62,050 nt of DNA from Clostridiaceae bacterium (GCA_041690515.1 JAWLHF010000001.1:1-62050), one strand, 5' to 3'; positions 16,057 through 26,514 are shown, counted from the first letter of the stretch. The notes: a model not told the origin generated them from the sequence alone. Translations and numbers: made by a program.

Positions 16057-16419
16057 ATGGGCGGTAGGATAGTTGTAGCTGATGATGCGGCATTCATGAG
16101 AATGATGCTAAGAAACATATTGGTGCAGGGAGGATATGAAGTCGTAGGTGAAGCTGAAAATGGAGAAAATGCAGTATCCAAGTATTTTGAGCTTAAACCG
16201 GATCTCATAACCCTGGACATAACAATGCCGGAGAAGGATGGCGTAACTGCAGCTAAGGAAATACTGAGCAGAGACAAGAAAGCAAATGTAGTCATGTGCT
16301 CTGCCATGGGACAGCAGGGTATAGTAGTGGAAGCAATAATGTCAGGAGCAAAGGACTTCATAGTTAAGCCTTTTCAATCAGAAAGAGTAATTGAAGCGGT
16401 GAAAAAAATCATCGGATAG
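16057..16419 (+). CDS. cheY: CheY-like single-domain response regulator
   Basis: About 120-aa REC domain: IVVADDAAFMR, DITMPEKDG, AKDFIVKPF. Confidence 0.8.
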   Translation: MGGRIVVADDAAFMRMMLRNILVQGGYEVVGEAENGENAVSKYFELKPDLITLDITMPEKDGVTAAKEILSRDKKANVVMCSAMGQQGIVVEAIMSGAKDFIVKPFQSERVIEAVKKIIG

Positions 16420-16564
16420 GGTTATAGGATAAAGGAGGAATTTATCTAATAATGTAGAAATTTATATAGTAATAAAATTCAGTATATTCAAAAATTTGCA
16501 TGCTACTGGAGGGCTTGGACAAGCCTGATAAGGCTTATGATAAAATTGAAAAGGGGGCAGAACA

Positions 16565-18547
16565 ATGAAAAGCTTGAAAGTAAAGCTGCTGATTCCCATT
16601 CTATTAGTGTCTTTCACAGCATTCATACTTACTTCTTTTAGTTTTTACATGACAAGCAAAGCAAGCCTGGAAAAGAGGATAGAATCCGAAAGCGGCATGA
16701 TCGCTCAGGAGAAAGCTGAGGAGATCAACAGCTGGTTGTCCGGCTTCGCAAGGATACTTGAGACTCTCAGTGAAGCCAATCTTGTTTCAGGAATCGATGA
16801 GGTAAAGGAACAGGAAGTTCTTGCGGCATTGATAGCAAAAAACAGCCAGATTCAGGACATCTATGTAGGGGTTGAAGCTACCGGAGGCTTTATTGACGGT
16901 ACCGGATGGATACCTGATGCCGGATGGGATCCCAGAACGAGAGGCTGGTATACGCAGGCTATGGCATCAAACTCAGTAATATTCACTGATCCCTATGTGG
17001 ATGTCATAACGGGCAATCTTGTAGTATCCCCGGCAAAAACAGTATACTCGGCTGATGGCTCCAAAAGAGGAGTAATGGGTTCGGACATATCACTGGTAGA
17101 GGTAAGCAAGCTGGTAAATGAAATTAAAGTAGGCGAGAATGGTAACGCTCTGCTCATCGATGCCACAGGTATGGTAATGGCCCATCACAATAGAGAGCTG
17201 GTAGGTACAAAGCTCAATGAAAGCTCTGACCTGGGACTGGTGCAGCTGGCAGAAGAACTGCTGAAAAGTGAAACAGGCTTCACAAAATTCCAGGAGGAAG
17301 GTGTGAGCAAGGTCGTTTCCTTTGTTACAGTGCCCCTGACAGGATGGAAGCTGGCAATAGCACTACCCGAGGCGGAAGTATATGCGGAAGTGACTGATAC
17401 AGCTAATAAGCTTGCTATGACAGTTGTTGCAGTCTTGTTGATAATGTCTATTGTGGTATTTCTAATATCCTCTTCGATAACAAACCCTGTTATAAAGCTG
17501 AACAAGGCGGCAGCTCAAGTGGCAGCCGGAGACCTTACCTCCAGGGTAGATATAAGGACAAAGGACGAGATAGGGCAGCTGGCAAAGAGCTTTAATACAA
17601 TGACGGATAATATAAAACAACTGGTGCAGGAGATAAATTCACTATCAAATTCGGTCTCTTCATATACAGGTCAGATGACCTCTTCCTCACATCAGGCTGT
17701 GACAATATCGGAGCAGATGGCTGAGGCAGTGGCAGACTTGGCAAAGGGAGCTGATACACAGGCTAACAGCGTACAGGAAGGTTTGAACAAGGTAATGCAG
17801 TTAAGCGAGGATCTGAGGGTGATAGTGGATAATACCAATACTGCATCGGAATCCTCCAACCAGGTCCACGAGCTTATTGATGAAGGCATGAAGGTGGTCA
17901 ACACCCAGAACATAAAGGTGATGGAGAACACAAAAGCAGGTCAGAACGTGGCTGTAGCGATAAAATCACTGGATGAAAAGTCAAAGCAGATAGGCGAGAT
18001 TATTGAGGTAATTGACAGTATTTCAAGTCAGACAAATCTCCTTGCACTAAATGCAGCTATAGAGGCAGCCAGGGCAGGAGAACAGGGGAGAGGCTTTGCA
18101 GTTGTTGCTGATGAGGTCCGTAAGCTTGCAGAGCAGTCTTCGGCGGCTACAGGCAAGATAAGCAATCTTATCGAAGAGATCAAGCAGGGTACTGAGAATG
18201 CTGTCAAAGAGGTGGAGATATCGGAGCACATCATTAAGGAACAGGAGAACTCTGTAAGCGATGTGAAGAGGATATTTGAGGTCATAGCCTCCTCCGTTGA
18301 ACAGATGAGAACAAAATTCGCAGAAGTCACAACAGGTACAAAGAACATAGACCAGGAAACCACGGAAATAAACGAAGTGATAGGCAAACTGGCAAGCATA
18401 GCAGAAGGCTATGCTGCAAGCTCGGAGGAGGTTGCTGCATCGACAGAGGAGCAGGTAGCCACACTCCAGGAGATCTCAGCCAATATTAACAACCTGGCAG
18501 AGATGACAGCGCAGCTTGAAAGCTCTCTTAACAAGTTCAGGCTATAG
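16565..18547 (+). CDS. Methyl-accepting chemotaxis protein (Cache-type sensor, HAMP, MA domain)
   Basis: An N-terminal TM segment and a periplasmic domain with a dCache-like sequence, a HAMP domain, and the highly conserved signalling hairpin [33 protein letters not shown]. Confidence 0.9.
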   Translation: MKSLKVKLLIPILLVSFTAFILTSFSFYMTSKASLEKRIESESGMIAQEKAEEINSWLSGFARILETLSEANLVSGIDEVKEQEVLAALIAKNSQIQDIYVGVEATGGFIDGTGWIPDAGWDPRTRGWYTQAMASNSVIFTDPYVDVITGNLVVSPAKTVYSADGSKRGVMGSDISLVEVSKLVNEIKVGENGNALLIDATGMVMAHHNRELVGTKLNESSDLGLVQLAEELLKSETGFTKFQEEGVSKVVSFVTVPLTGWKLAIALPEAEVYAEVTDTANKLAMTVVAVLLIMSIVVFLISSSITNPVIKLNKAAAQVAAGDLTSRVDIRTKDEIGQLAKSFNTMTDNIKQLVQEINSLSNSVSSYTGQMTSSSHQAVTISEQMAEAVADLAKGADTQANSVQEGLNKVMQLSEDLRVIVDNTNTASESSNQVHELIDEGMKVVNTQNIKVMENTKAGQNVAVAIKSLDEKSKQIGEIIEVIDSISSQTNLLALNAAIEAARAGEQGRGFAVVADEVRKLAEQSSAATGKISNLIEEIKQGTENAVKEVEISEHIIKEQENSVSDVKRIFEVIASSVEQMRTKFAEVTTGTKNIDQETTEINEVIGKLASIAEGYAASSEEVAASTEEQVATLQEISANINNLAEMTAQLESSLNKFRL

Positions 18548-18579
18548 CAATATATAATTTATGAATGAGGGGGACTGTT

Positions 18580-19011
18580 ATGAGTACAATACAATTGGTT
18601 ATCTTCGGACTGAATGATCAGGAATACGGAATCGACATATTCAAAGTAAATGAGATTGTCCCTTATGCAAAGCCTATTAAGATACCTAATTCTCCGGTAT
18701 ATCTGGAAGGAGTTCTGAATCTTAGAGGACATGTTATTCCGGTGGTAAACCTGAAGAAAAAGTTCAATTTGGAAGACTCCGGCAATGACGACAGGACAAG
18801 GATAATAGTGACAAATACCGGAGGCAGCGTTGTCGGGTATGTTGTTGATGAGGCATCGGAGGTCCTTACTGTTGAGCAGGATAGTATAGAACCGGTCTCA
18901 GAGGTTGTTTCCAAAATCAACAGGAAGTATATAAGCGGTGTAGGTAAGCTGGACAATGGGAGAATGTACATACTGCTCAATTTTAATGAGCTGTATAATG
19001 AGGAGCTGTAA
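18580..19011 (+). CDS. cheW: Chemotaxis coupling protein CheW
   Basis: About 143 aa: QLVIFGLNDQEYGIDIFKVNEI, NLRGHVIPVVNL. Confidence 0.85.
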   Translation: MSTIQLVIFGLNDQEYGIDIFKVNEIVPYAKPIKIPNSPVYLEGVLNLRGHVIPVVNLKKKFNLEDSGNDDRTRIIVTNTGGSVVGYVVDEASEVLTVEQDSIEPVSEVVSKINRKYISGVGKLDNGRMYILLNFNELYNEEL

Positions 19012-19030
19012 ACAGATACATCCAATATAT

Positions 19031-19071
19031 GAGCAGAAGGCAGCAGGGCAAGCCCTGACTGCCTTCTGCTC
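19031..19071 (+). terminator. Terminator hairpin after cheW
   Basis: GAGCAGAAGGCAG-loop-CTGCCTTCTGCTC, a 13-bp stem with a weak T-tract. Confidence 0.6.
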
Positions 19072-19215
19072 ATTTGGGAGGCTTTGGAATCAAGGAGAAT
19101 GTTTCTCGGTATTTGAATTCATTCTAAAAGGTTTAGTGCGAAACATATAGAATAATAATATAACAAATATTTCTTGCAGCAGATAAGTATATTTGCTGTG
19201 AAAGGTGGATTTTTT

Positions 19216-20181
19216 ATGGGGAAATACATCATAAAGGCTTTGGTATTTTTGGTGTTGTTTATTTCTGTCTATGGGATAATAGGTCTGCAGGATGGCGAAC
19301 TGAGCATTCCCAAGGTTGAAGAGGTTGAAATTGCAGAGCTTCCTCCAGAACCTGAACCGGAGCCTACGCCGGAAATAATGTTCTCAAATATGGAAGTGCA
19401 GCCTGGAGGTTGCTTTGGTATATATATAACAGGTATGACCGATAGGGATCAAATACTTGTTTCCACAGAACTGGTGCAGGATGAAACCAGTTTCTTCAAC
19501 CAGCCGGAAGGCAAGCTGGCGTTTGTGGGCATAAGCTGCAGGACCAAGGAAGGAGAGTACAAATACAGCGTGAAGGTGCAGCGGGACGGTGAGACTGTTG
19601 CATCAGGAGAAGAGACCGTCAAAATACTGCCCAAGGATTTTGAGAAGCAGTACCTTGAGGTTACTGTGTCACAGAAAGAGCAGCGAAGTGATGATAACTT
19701 TGACGAGGATAAGGTGCACACAGACAGGGCAAAGTCGCTTACCATGGAAAGGCCACTGTGGGAAGGAACGTTTCTAAGACCGGTGGAAGGCAGAATCTCC
19801 ACGGGATTTGGAATGATAAGATATGTCAACAAAGAGGAGTCGGGAAGGCACTCAGGCCTTGACATAGCAGCAGCAAGAGGCACGCCTGTAAAAGCATCAA
19901 ATGATGGAGTAGTCAGGCTTTCAATGATGCTTAAGGTTACAGGCAATACAATAATTATTGACCATGGCTGTAATATCTACACGTCCTATGCCCACCTCGA
20001 CAAGCTCATGGTCGAAGAGGGAGACGTAGTAAAAAAGGGAGATATTATAGGAGAGGTAGGGTCAACCGGTTTTTCTACAGGACCTCACCTGCACTGGACT
20101 ACAACAATAGGCAAATTATACATAAACCCTGAGGTGCTTATGGAAACTGACCCAACAGGCTTCATAGACACTAAAGAATAA
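19216..20181 (+). CDS. M23 family metallopeptidase, membrane-anchored
   Basis: N-terminal TM segment, a PEPEPEPTPE linker, and M23 motifs HSGLDIAA and GPHLHW. Confidence 0.8.
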   Translation: MGKYIIKALVFLVLFISVYGIIGLQDGELSIPKVEEVEIAELPPEPEPEPTPEIMFSNMEVQPGGCFGIYITGMTDRDQILVSTELVQDETSFFNQPEGKLAFVGISCRTKEGEYKYSVKVQRDGETVASGEETVKILPKDFEKQYLEVTVSQKEQRSDDNFDEDKVHTDRAKSLTMERPLWEGTFLRPVEGRISTGFGMIRYVNKEESGRHSGLDIAAARGTPVKASNDGVVRLSMMLKVTGNTIIIDHGCNIYTSYAHLDKLMVEEGDVVKKGDIIGEVGSTGFSTGPHLHWTTTIGKLYINPEVLMETDPTGFIDTKE

Positions 20182-20186
20182 CCGTT

Positions 20187-20696
20187 TTAATAAATATTGA
20201 GCTCTATATTCCTATGAAGCAGATTGTCTGCAAGAATGCAAAGCTTCAGATATAAGAGGCAGTACAGACAAAGGGGCGGGAAAAGCACAACTGCCCATTC
20301 TATATAGCTCTCAGGTGCTGGATCGTGAAAAAGGCTGACTCCAAGAAGGCATTCAACTCCTGACAGCATTAAAATGACGAATAGGGCGGAAGAAGCGGAT
20401 ATGACAATTGGATTGTAAAAGAATTTCTTCATTGTGCCTGAAAAAAGTCCAATAATTCCGCTGGTGCAGAGGAAAAAGAGAGCTTCAGCCATGTTGCCGG
20501 AGGAGGATAAAAATGCAGCTGTCAGATATACAACCACACCCAGGAAGAAGCTGATGCGCACTGCCATATATACCGGGATACCACCCAGCAGAACAGCAAA
20601 TGCAAAGGCATTTCCCAATACTTTGGGTGCTGCCTGTGATGCCGCGGCCAGAGTGACAAGAACAGAGCACAAAATAACAATTCTTTTATTGAACAT
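20187..20696 (-). CDS. Hypothetical polytopic membrane protein
   Basis: 169-aa ORF with five or more hydrophobic helices. No recognisable family. Confidence 0.5.
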   Translation of the reverse strand: MFNKRIVILCSVLVTLAAASQAAPKVLGNAFAFAVLLGGIPVYMAVRISFFLGVVVYLTAAFLSSSGNMAEALFFLCTSGIIGLFSGTMKKFFYNPIVISASSALFVILMLSGVECLLGVSLFHDPAPESYIEWAVVLFPPLCLYCLLYLKLCILADNLLHRNIELNIY

Positions 20697-20764
20697 TTAA
20701 CATACCCCCTCAGAGCATCAATCAACGGACAAGGAGCGGCTATTTAATTGATATGACGGGTATG

Positions 20765-20803
20765 TGAAAAATAAAACCCGGAGATGATAAAATATCTCCG
20801 GGT
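20765..20803 (-). terminator. Rho-independent terminator of the ECF S-component gene
   Basis: The minus strand reads AACCCGGAGAT-loop-ATCTCCGGGTT followed by TTATTTTTC. Confidence 0.7.
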
Positions 20804-20822
20804 TGCTTAGTTCATATATTGA

Positions 20823-21413
20823 TTATCTTCTTTTCATAATTGCCATTACTACAGGAACAGTGATGATGACTGCAACCACAGCTTCAGGCAGACCATTTGT
20901 AAGTGCAATACTGAAAATGACCTTTGCTGCAGTATTAGCGGCAATTCCGGTAGCTTCTGCATATCTGGCTGCATACAACAGGTATATCATACCGAGAACT
21001 CCAAAGGTGTTAGTAAGTGATCCGACAGCTGCCCCGATACCTATTCCCAGTGGTTTGAATTTTGCAGAAACGAGCCTGTAGCAATAATAGGATGTTATTG
21101 CTATAAGCACTCTCGGCAGTACGGATACCAACGGGTTCATAAAAGCAAAGGAAAGAAGGCTTGGATTGGATATGTTCTGGAATATGCTGAACAATCCAAA
21201 TATGAGGCCTACCATTGCTCCAACTACAGGACCCTCCAAAATTGCCCCAATAATAACAGGCAAGTGCATTATCGTGGCTTTGGCGATGGGCAGCGGTATG
21301 AAACCGTAGCCTGTAAGGCCGAGCAGGATCGAGACGCCGGACAGCATTCCTATGACGGCTATCTGTCTTGTGTTAAGGTGATAAGAGTACGTGGGTTTTT
21401 TACCCAATTCCAT
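20823..21413 (-). CDS. ECF transporter substrate-specific (S) component; substrate unknown, PanT-like by sequence feel
   Basis: 196 aa with six TM segments and the motifs ATIMHLPVIIGAILEGP and NPLVSVLPRVLI, which are typical of solitary ECF S components. Confidence 0.6.
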   Translation of the reverse strand: MELGKKPTYSYHLNTRQIAVIGMLSGVSILLGLTGYGFIPLPIAKATIMHLPVIIGAILEGPVVGAMVGLIFGLFSIFQNISNPSLLSFAFMNPLVSVLPRVLIAITSYYCYRLVSAKFKPLGIGIGAAVGSLTNTFGVLGMIYLLYAARYAEATGIAANTAAKVIFSIALTNGLPEAVVAVIITVPVVMAIMKRR

Positions 21414-21622
21414 AAAAATTACCTCCGTTCTTATTCCATAAGGATATAAGTCGAAAATCCTTATAAGAAAGACTAAAGTTCGGTTTCTTTCGAATACCGA
21501 CTACGTAAATCATAACGGAATGAAATTGATTTTCCGTGATTTACACACAAATTATATCACAGCATTATTCAATTTTCCATAGGCGGATTTGCTGCAAAAA
21601 TAAAAATATATTTGTTGATTAA

Positions 21623-22237
21623 TTATATGAAGCTTTTAACAAAAGTGTAAGCAAGCCTGAGTCCATAATAAACAATCACACTGCCGCAAATAACATTTAT
21701 TGTTCTCAGCACCTTGGGACCTATCATGTTTTTGAAGGTTGAAAAAATTGCTGCAAGGCCGGTGAACCAACTGAAGGATGCAGCTGCAACACCCAAAATG
21801 AAAAGATTGGAGTATGCAGCCGGCAGTGAAGCCTTGAAGCTGCCGAGAAGCAATGTACCGTCAATTATTGCCTGGGGATTGAGCCAGGTAACTGAAAAGC
21901 ATATTGCTGCTACCTTCAGAAGCGGCTCCCCTGTCTTTACATCTTTGACCGCATCCGGTGCTGAGCGTATCAGACCTATTCCTATATAGATGACCATGGC
22001 ACTTCCAACTAACATCACAGCATTTCTTAAGACCGGAATGTTCTCCATTATAATACCGATACCGAAGAAGCACGCCAAAGCAAGAGAAATGTCGAAAAAT
22101 ATAGTTATCAGTGCGACTTGTAAAGCTCTTAACCTATTTGACTTTATTGCTGTGTTTATGACATAGAGATTCTGCATACCGATAGGTGCTACATAAGCGA
22201 AGCCCAGCAGCAAACCTTCGATGAAATACTTGTACAT
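21623..22237 (-). CDS. LysE/ArgO family amino-acid exporter
   Basis: MYKYFIEGLLLGFAYVAPIGMQN... is the typical LysE N-terminus. The upstream extension in the ORF track lacks an RBS and any homology sense. Confidence 0.75.
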   Translation of the reverse strand: MYKYFIEGLLLGFAYVAPIGMQNLYVINTAIKSNRLRALQVALITIFFDISLALACFFGIGIIMENIPVLRNAVMLVGSAMVIYIGIGLIRSAPDAVKDVKTGEPLLKVAAICFSVTWLNPQAIIDGTLLLGSFKASLPAAYSNLFILGVAAASFSWFTGLAAIFSTFKNMIGPKVLRTINVICGSVIVYYGLRLAYTFVKSFI

Positions 22238-22404
22238 TGTTTTTATATCCTTTCTTGTAAAACAATAATAGAAATTAATACATTGATGATTGAGCACAAA
22301 TAATATAATATACGAGGAATTAGGAAAAGTCAAAGTAAAGCCTTTCACCGTATAATGCGGTGAAAGGCTTTGAATTTTTTATTATATTTATATAAAGTTT
22401 CAAT

Positions 22405-23376
22405 TTACTCTGTATAACCATTGGATGTGTCAATGCCTATCATATTGAGAGTGCCATTCCAAGTAACAGCAAAATCAATAATCTTACCGATGTCTCTCAG
22501 TTTGAAATAGTTGTTGCCTCCGATGCTGTAGGCAGTTAACTGAACCTCTTCTCCGTTAAGGAGAATTTTTGATTGAGTAAGTGCTGCTTCTTTGGCTGTC
22601 GGTGTTTCTGATACAACCAGCTCATTTCCGACAGAGGTATAGGGTGTGTTTGTTATTAGATTGATTGCGTTATTCGCACCATCCCAAGTTACCTGAAACT
22701 GTTTGTTTGAACCATTTACAGCCATTGCAAGATCTCTAAGCTTGAAATAGTTATTTCCACCTATTTCGTAGGCTTCAAAATTCATATTGCTTCCATCTAC
22801 CATAACGGTTGAACCGGTCGGGTTTGCTGTAACAATATCTGCTTTAACAGGGTCAGCTGCTATTTCCGTTTCTGCATCATCAACAAACATAAAATTAATA
22901 TTTGTTACATAGAATACAGGCGCTTCACCTTCACCATAAAAGTAAAGGTCAAAACTATAAACAAGTTCTTCACTTAGTTCGCTAAGGTTTTCATTATAAG
23001 ATTGCTCAGGCTTGAATATCACACTGCCATCCTTAAAATCTCCCCAGAACCAGCCGGATTCACCATCAGGAAGTACTTTTGGAAAAGATTCTACGCTTAA
23101 GATACCCTCATTAGTAGTAACAATTTCAAATATCGAGTAATCACCATTTTCATCTTTTTTTGGTGTTTTCATAACCAGGACAACAACTTCGGATTCTCCT
23201 ACTTGTACAGTCTTTTGCTCAATGAAGTCCGGAACAATAAGCGTATAACCGGAGTCTTCACTAACCAAATTTACTGATTGTCCTTCCATTTCTGAAGCAA
23301 ATACGGAACCCATTGAAAGATTTAATACAAGTATTGCCAATAAAATAACTCTGAGAATTGCAGCAGCTTTTTTCAT
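22405..23376 (-). CDS. Secreted protein with two copper-amine-oxidase N-terminal-like (stalk) repeats
   Basis: Signal peptide MKKAAAILRVILLAILVL...FA, and the repeated motif GGNNYFKLRD(L/I)...(V/Q)TW(D/N)G. Confidence 0.7.
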   Translation of the reverse strand: MKKAAAILRVILLAILVLNLSMGSVFASEMEGQSVNLVSEDSGYTLIVPDFIEQKTVQVGESEVVVLVMKTPKKDENGDYSIFEIVTTNEGILSVESFPKVLPDGESGWFWGDFKDGSVIFKPEQSYNENLSELSEELVYSFDLYFYGEGEAPVFYVTNINFMFVDDAETEIAADPVKADIVTANPTGSTVMVDGSNMNFEAYEIGGNNYFKLRDLAMAVNGSNKQFQVTWDGANNAINLITNTPYTSVGNELVVSETPTAKEAALTQSKILLNGEEVQLTAYSIGGNNYFKLRDIGKIIDFAVTWNGTLNMIGIDTSNGYTE

Positions 23377-23664
23377 GGATATACCTCCAAATATTATATA
23401 AATTAGTTATACTTAGCATTCTATCATGAGCAGTCAGAGCATACAACAAAAATCGACAAAATATATAGTCTTCATTATTGATGTGAAATTTTGTCCGATT
23501 GTTTTGCTTGAAATGTCTTGTATATTTTCTTAGCTCATTTTCTTATGCCACTAAAATATAAATACTTATGAGCTATAGAATTAGGGTTATGATATTGAAT
23601 ATGACAGAATAACGCAAATCTGCATACTATATATTAATTCAATTTTAATGACGGAGGTAAAAGT

Positions 23665-24756
23665 ATGGCTCAAAAAGGCAACATTAAAAAGGTTTTTCCG
23701 GGCGGCAACACAAGCAGAGGCTTTCACTCCTTCTATGACCAGATCATACCAGAGGATGCAGAGAGGATTTTCGTAATCAAAGGAGGTCCCGGGGTAGGAA
23801 AGTCCAGTTTTATGAGGACTATAGGAGAGGAGTTTGTAAAACAGGGGTATGATGTGGAACTACACTATTGCTCCTCAGACAATAGATCACTGGATGGATT
23901 GGTGATAAAAAAGGCAAACGTGGCGCTTCTGGATGGAACCGCACCTCATGTAGTGGACCCCAAAAATCCCGGAGCAGTGGATGAGATACTGAACCTTGGG
24001 GAGTACTGGAATGAATCAGGGCTAGTGAAGGATAAGTATGAGATCATAAATCTTAACAGGCAGGTAAGTATGAGATTCCACAGTGCTTACAGATACCTGA
24101 GGGCAGCAAAGGAAATGCAGGATGATATGGAAGTGATCATTGGTCAGGGTGTGGACAGGGAAAAGCTGAATAAGCTTAAGACAGCACTCAGGAGTGAGCT
24201 GGTGGAAGGGATTGAGAATCTCAACAAGAATACAAATATTCGCAACCTTTTTGACAGTGCAATAACTCCTGAAGGTCTGGTGGACTATATTGACACAATA
24301 ATACAGAGCGATTACAAATGTTATTACCTGAAAGCCGGGGTAGGCACTGTTTCAACTGAAATACTATCTTACCTTGCAGGGGAGTATAATATGAAAGGCT
24401 ATAGTGTTGAACTGTATCATCAGCCTTTGAATCCTGACAGACTGCAGACCTTAGTGGTGGAAGATCTTAAGATAGCATTGACAACAAATTCAAAAATGGA
24501 AACCGTAGCATATAAGGTGTTTGACCTGGACGAAGTTATTGACGAAAGTAAATATGGTGACAAAGCAGACCTTCTGGCAAAGGATGGAGAAGTATATCTG
24601 GAGATGCTGGAGGAAGGGGTCAGAAGGATAAAGCTGGCAAAGCTGCTCCATGACGATGTGGAGAAAACTTATGTAGGCAATATGGATTTTGGGGCAGTGA
24701 CTGAGCTGAGGAATAAGGTCATCGGCAGGATAAAGGACATATTGAAGGATAAGTAG
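23665..24756 (+). CDS. P-loop ATPase of unknown function (PRK06851-like architecture)
   Basis: Walker A motif KGGPGVGKSS. 363 aa. GGAGG RBS. Confidence 0.6.
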   Translation: MAQKGNIKKVFPGGNTSRGFHSFYDQIIPEDAERIFVIKGGPGVGKSSFMRTIGEEFVKQGYDVELHYCSSDNRSLDGLVIKKANVALLDGTAPHVVDPKNPGAVDEILNLGEYWNESGLVKDKYEIINLNRQVSMRFHSAYRYLRAAKEMQDDMEVIIGQGVDREKLNKLKTALRSELVEGIENLNKNTNIRNLFDSAITPEGLVDYIDTIIQSDYKCYYLKAGVGTVSTEILSYLAGEYNMKGYSVELYHQPLNPDRLQTLVVEDLKIALTTNSKMETVAYKVFDLDEVIDESKYGDKADLLAKDGEVYLEMLEEGVRRIKLAKLLHDDVEKTYVGNMDFGAVTELRNKVIGRIKDILKDK

Positions 24757-24764
24757 GTAAAGTT

Positions 24765-24807
24765 AAAAAACCTCCGGAGGGATTGTCTCCGGAGGTTCAG
24801 TATTTTT
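24765..24807 (+). terminator. Rho-independent terminator
   Basis: CCTCCGGAG-ggattgt-CTCCGGAGG followed by ttcagTATTTTT. Confidence 0.75.
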
Positions 24808-24985
24808 ATTCGGTATAACCCTATGATGCATCAACACCTATCATATTGACCTCTCCATCCCAGGTAACAGCAAAATCAATTATTCTGCCGATATCCCTCA
24901 ACTTGAAGTAGTTGTTGCCTCCGATGCTGTATGCTGTCAATTGAACTTCTTCACTGTTGAGATAAATCTTGGATTGGGTAAGGGT
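24806..24985 (-). pseudogene. 5'-truncated remnant of a paralogue of 22405..23376 (last ~58 codons only, with a premature TAG)
   Basis: The nucleotide sequence is alignable with 22405-22590. Translation is KATLTQSKIYLNSEEVQLTAYSIGGNNYFKLRDIGRIIDFAVTWDGEVNMIGVDAS-TAG-GYTE-TAA. There is no start codon or RBS. Confidence 0.8.
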
Positions 24986-25386
24986 TGCTTTTAACAATAT
25001 TATGACTATATCAAAATGTTGGAGTAAAGGGTGGGAGGTGTATTAGTTATTCCAAAGCTCCGGCAAGGGGCTTAAAGCTGAAATAATTGGAATATGTCAG
25101 GATAATGCATATAATTTTGAAGCCACATGGAGTGGAGTAAGAGAGATGTATTGTATGGCATGCGAAGCAGTTGAAAAGAAGAGAAGTTAGGAAAAATGAC
25201 TTTGAGTTCGGGGTAAATGGTATGATTGGGAAAATTGATGAAATATGACAAATGCCATATAATATTACTATATCAAATATTGAAGTTAGTTTTGATTTTT
25301 ACTATAGGGATGGTGAATTAAAATAATAACAGTAAGGGATTCAATATATTCAATGATTTCTGCAAAGTATGAAAGGGAGATGGTTT

Positions 25387-25731
25387 ATGGGCTGCTGTAG
25401 TACAAATAAGGGCTGCTGCATGGGAGAATGTGCGGGCAGATGTGACAGGGATACAATTATAGATGAGTTAAGCTTGAATACAATCGTTGAGTTGGAAGTA
25501 CATTATACAGAATCAGAAGAGAATGGAAAAGTGATATATGTACTTGAGAATCTGTATTGTCTGACGAATATCCAGGCAAGAGAACTTTTACTGACCGGGC
25601 TGGAGGGCAGCAAATATGATGACATGGAAAAAATGCGGCAACATATTTTAGATGTCCTGGAGCAAAAGGGCGCTCATGCTTCAGGGGCATTAAAGGCCGC
25701 TGATATTGTATATATCAGGGAGGATGTATAA
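25387..25731 (+). CDS. Hypothetical protein with a Cys-rich N-terminus (MGCCSTNKGCCMGECAGRC)
   Basis: 114-aa ORF with the RBS GGGAGA 8 nt upstream. No family recognised. Confidence 0.5.
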   Translation: MGCCSTNKGCCMGECAGRCDRDTIIDELSLNTIVELEVHYTESEENGKVIYVLENLYCLTNIQARELLLTGLEGSKYDDMEKMRQHILDVLEQKGAHASGALKAADIVYIREDV

Positions 25732-25862
25732 CGACAAAAGCTCATTCCCAGCCTTTTACATTAGCAGATATAGTAAAAGGCAGCCCTTTCTTTACAATCC
25801 TTGACAAAAATGATAAAGGGTATTACAGTTGAATTAATATAATAATAAGCGGGTGTTTATTT

Positions 25863-26453
25863 ATGCAGGTATTGAAGGAAGAGATGCGGCAGCGCATATA
25901 TGAAGCGGCTATTAATGAATTTTCGTCTAATGGATTTGCTAAGGCATCCATGAGGGAGATAGCAAGGAATGCTGGAATGACGGTAGGGAACCTATATAGA
26001 TACTTTAAGGACAAGGAGGCGTTGTTCTACAGCGTCATAGGTCCAGCGTACGAAAGCCTTATGGAGCTGACGGACAAGAGTGTGGAACTGGTGAAATACA
26101 GATTTGACAACAGTTTTTTCGAATTTCTTTCAGAGCAGATTCTAAATATCTGCCGGGTGCATAAAATTGAACTGTTAATACTGTTTGAGGGAAGTGAAGG
26201 AACCAGGTACGAGAAGGCTAAGGAGGAGATGATCCTTGTGATTGAAGACTTTCTGAAAGGGAGTTTCCGAAAAAGGCTGAAGGACCTGGATGTGGAAATA
26301 GAAGATGAATACCTTTTAAGAGTGATAGCAGTGGGCTTTGTAGAAGGGATGACAATGATAGCAAAGAGGTATGACAGTAACGAGCAGCTTAAAAGGGTAT
26401 CAGCTCAGTTTATATCCTTCTACTTCAGTGATGTATTCAGACGTTTCCAATAA
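25863..26453 (+). CDS. TetR/AcrR family transcriptional regulator
   Basis: N-terminal HTH: AAINEFSSNGFAKASMREIARNAGMTVGNLYRYFKDKEAL. Confidence 0.85.
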   Translation: MQVLKEEMRQRIYEAAINEFSSNGFAKASMREIARNAGMTVGNLYRYFKDKEALFYSVIGPAYESLMELTDKSVELVKYRFDNSFFEFLSEQILNICRVHKIELLILFEGSEGTRYEKAKEEMILVIEDFLKGSFRKRLKDLDVEIEDEYLLRVIAVGFVEGMTMIAKRYDSNEQLKRVSAQFISFYFSDVFRRFQ

Positions 26454-26514
26454 TTTTTTTAGTCTTAAAATGAACATGAGTTTACTAATGGTCAATGTAC
26501 AAGGGGGGCAGGGA

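Noticed and set aside
21623-22348. The 241-aa version of the LysE-family ORF with a 37-aa N-terminal extension.
   Set aside because: The extension is not hydrophobic or typical of the family and lacks an RBS. The family N-terminus MYKYFIEGLLLGF starts at 22237.
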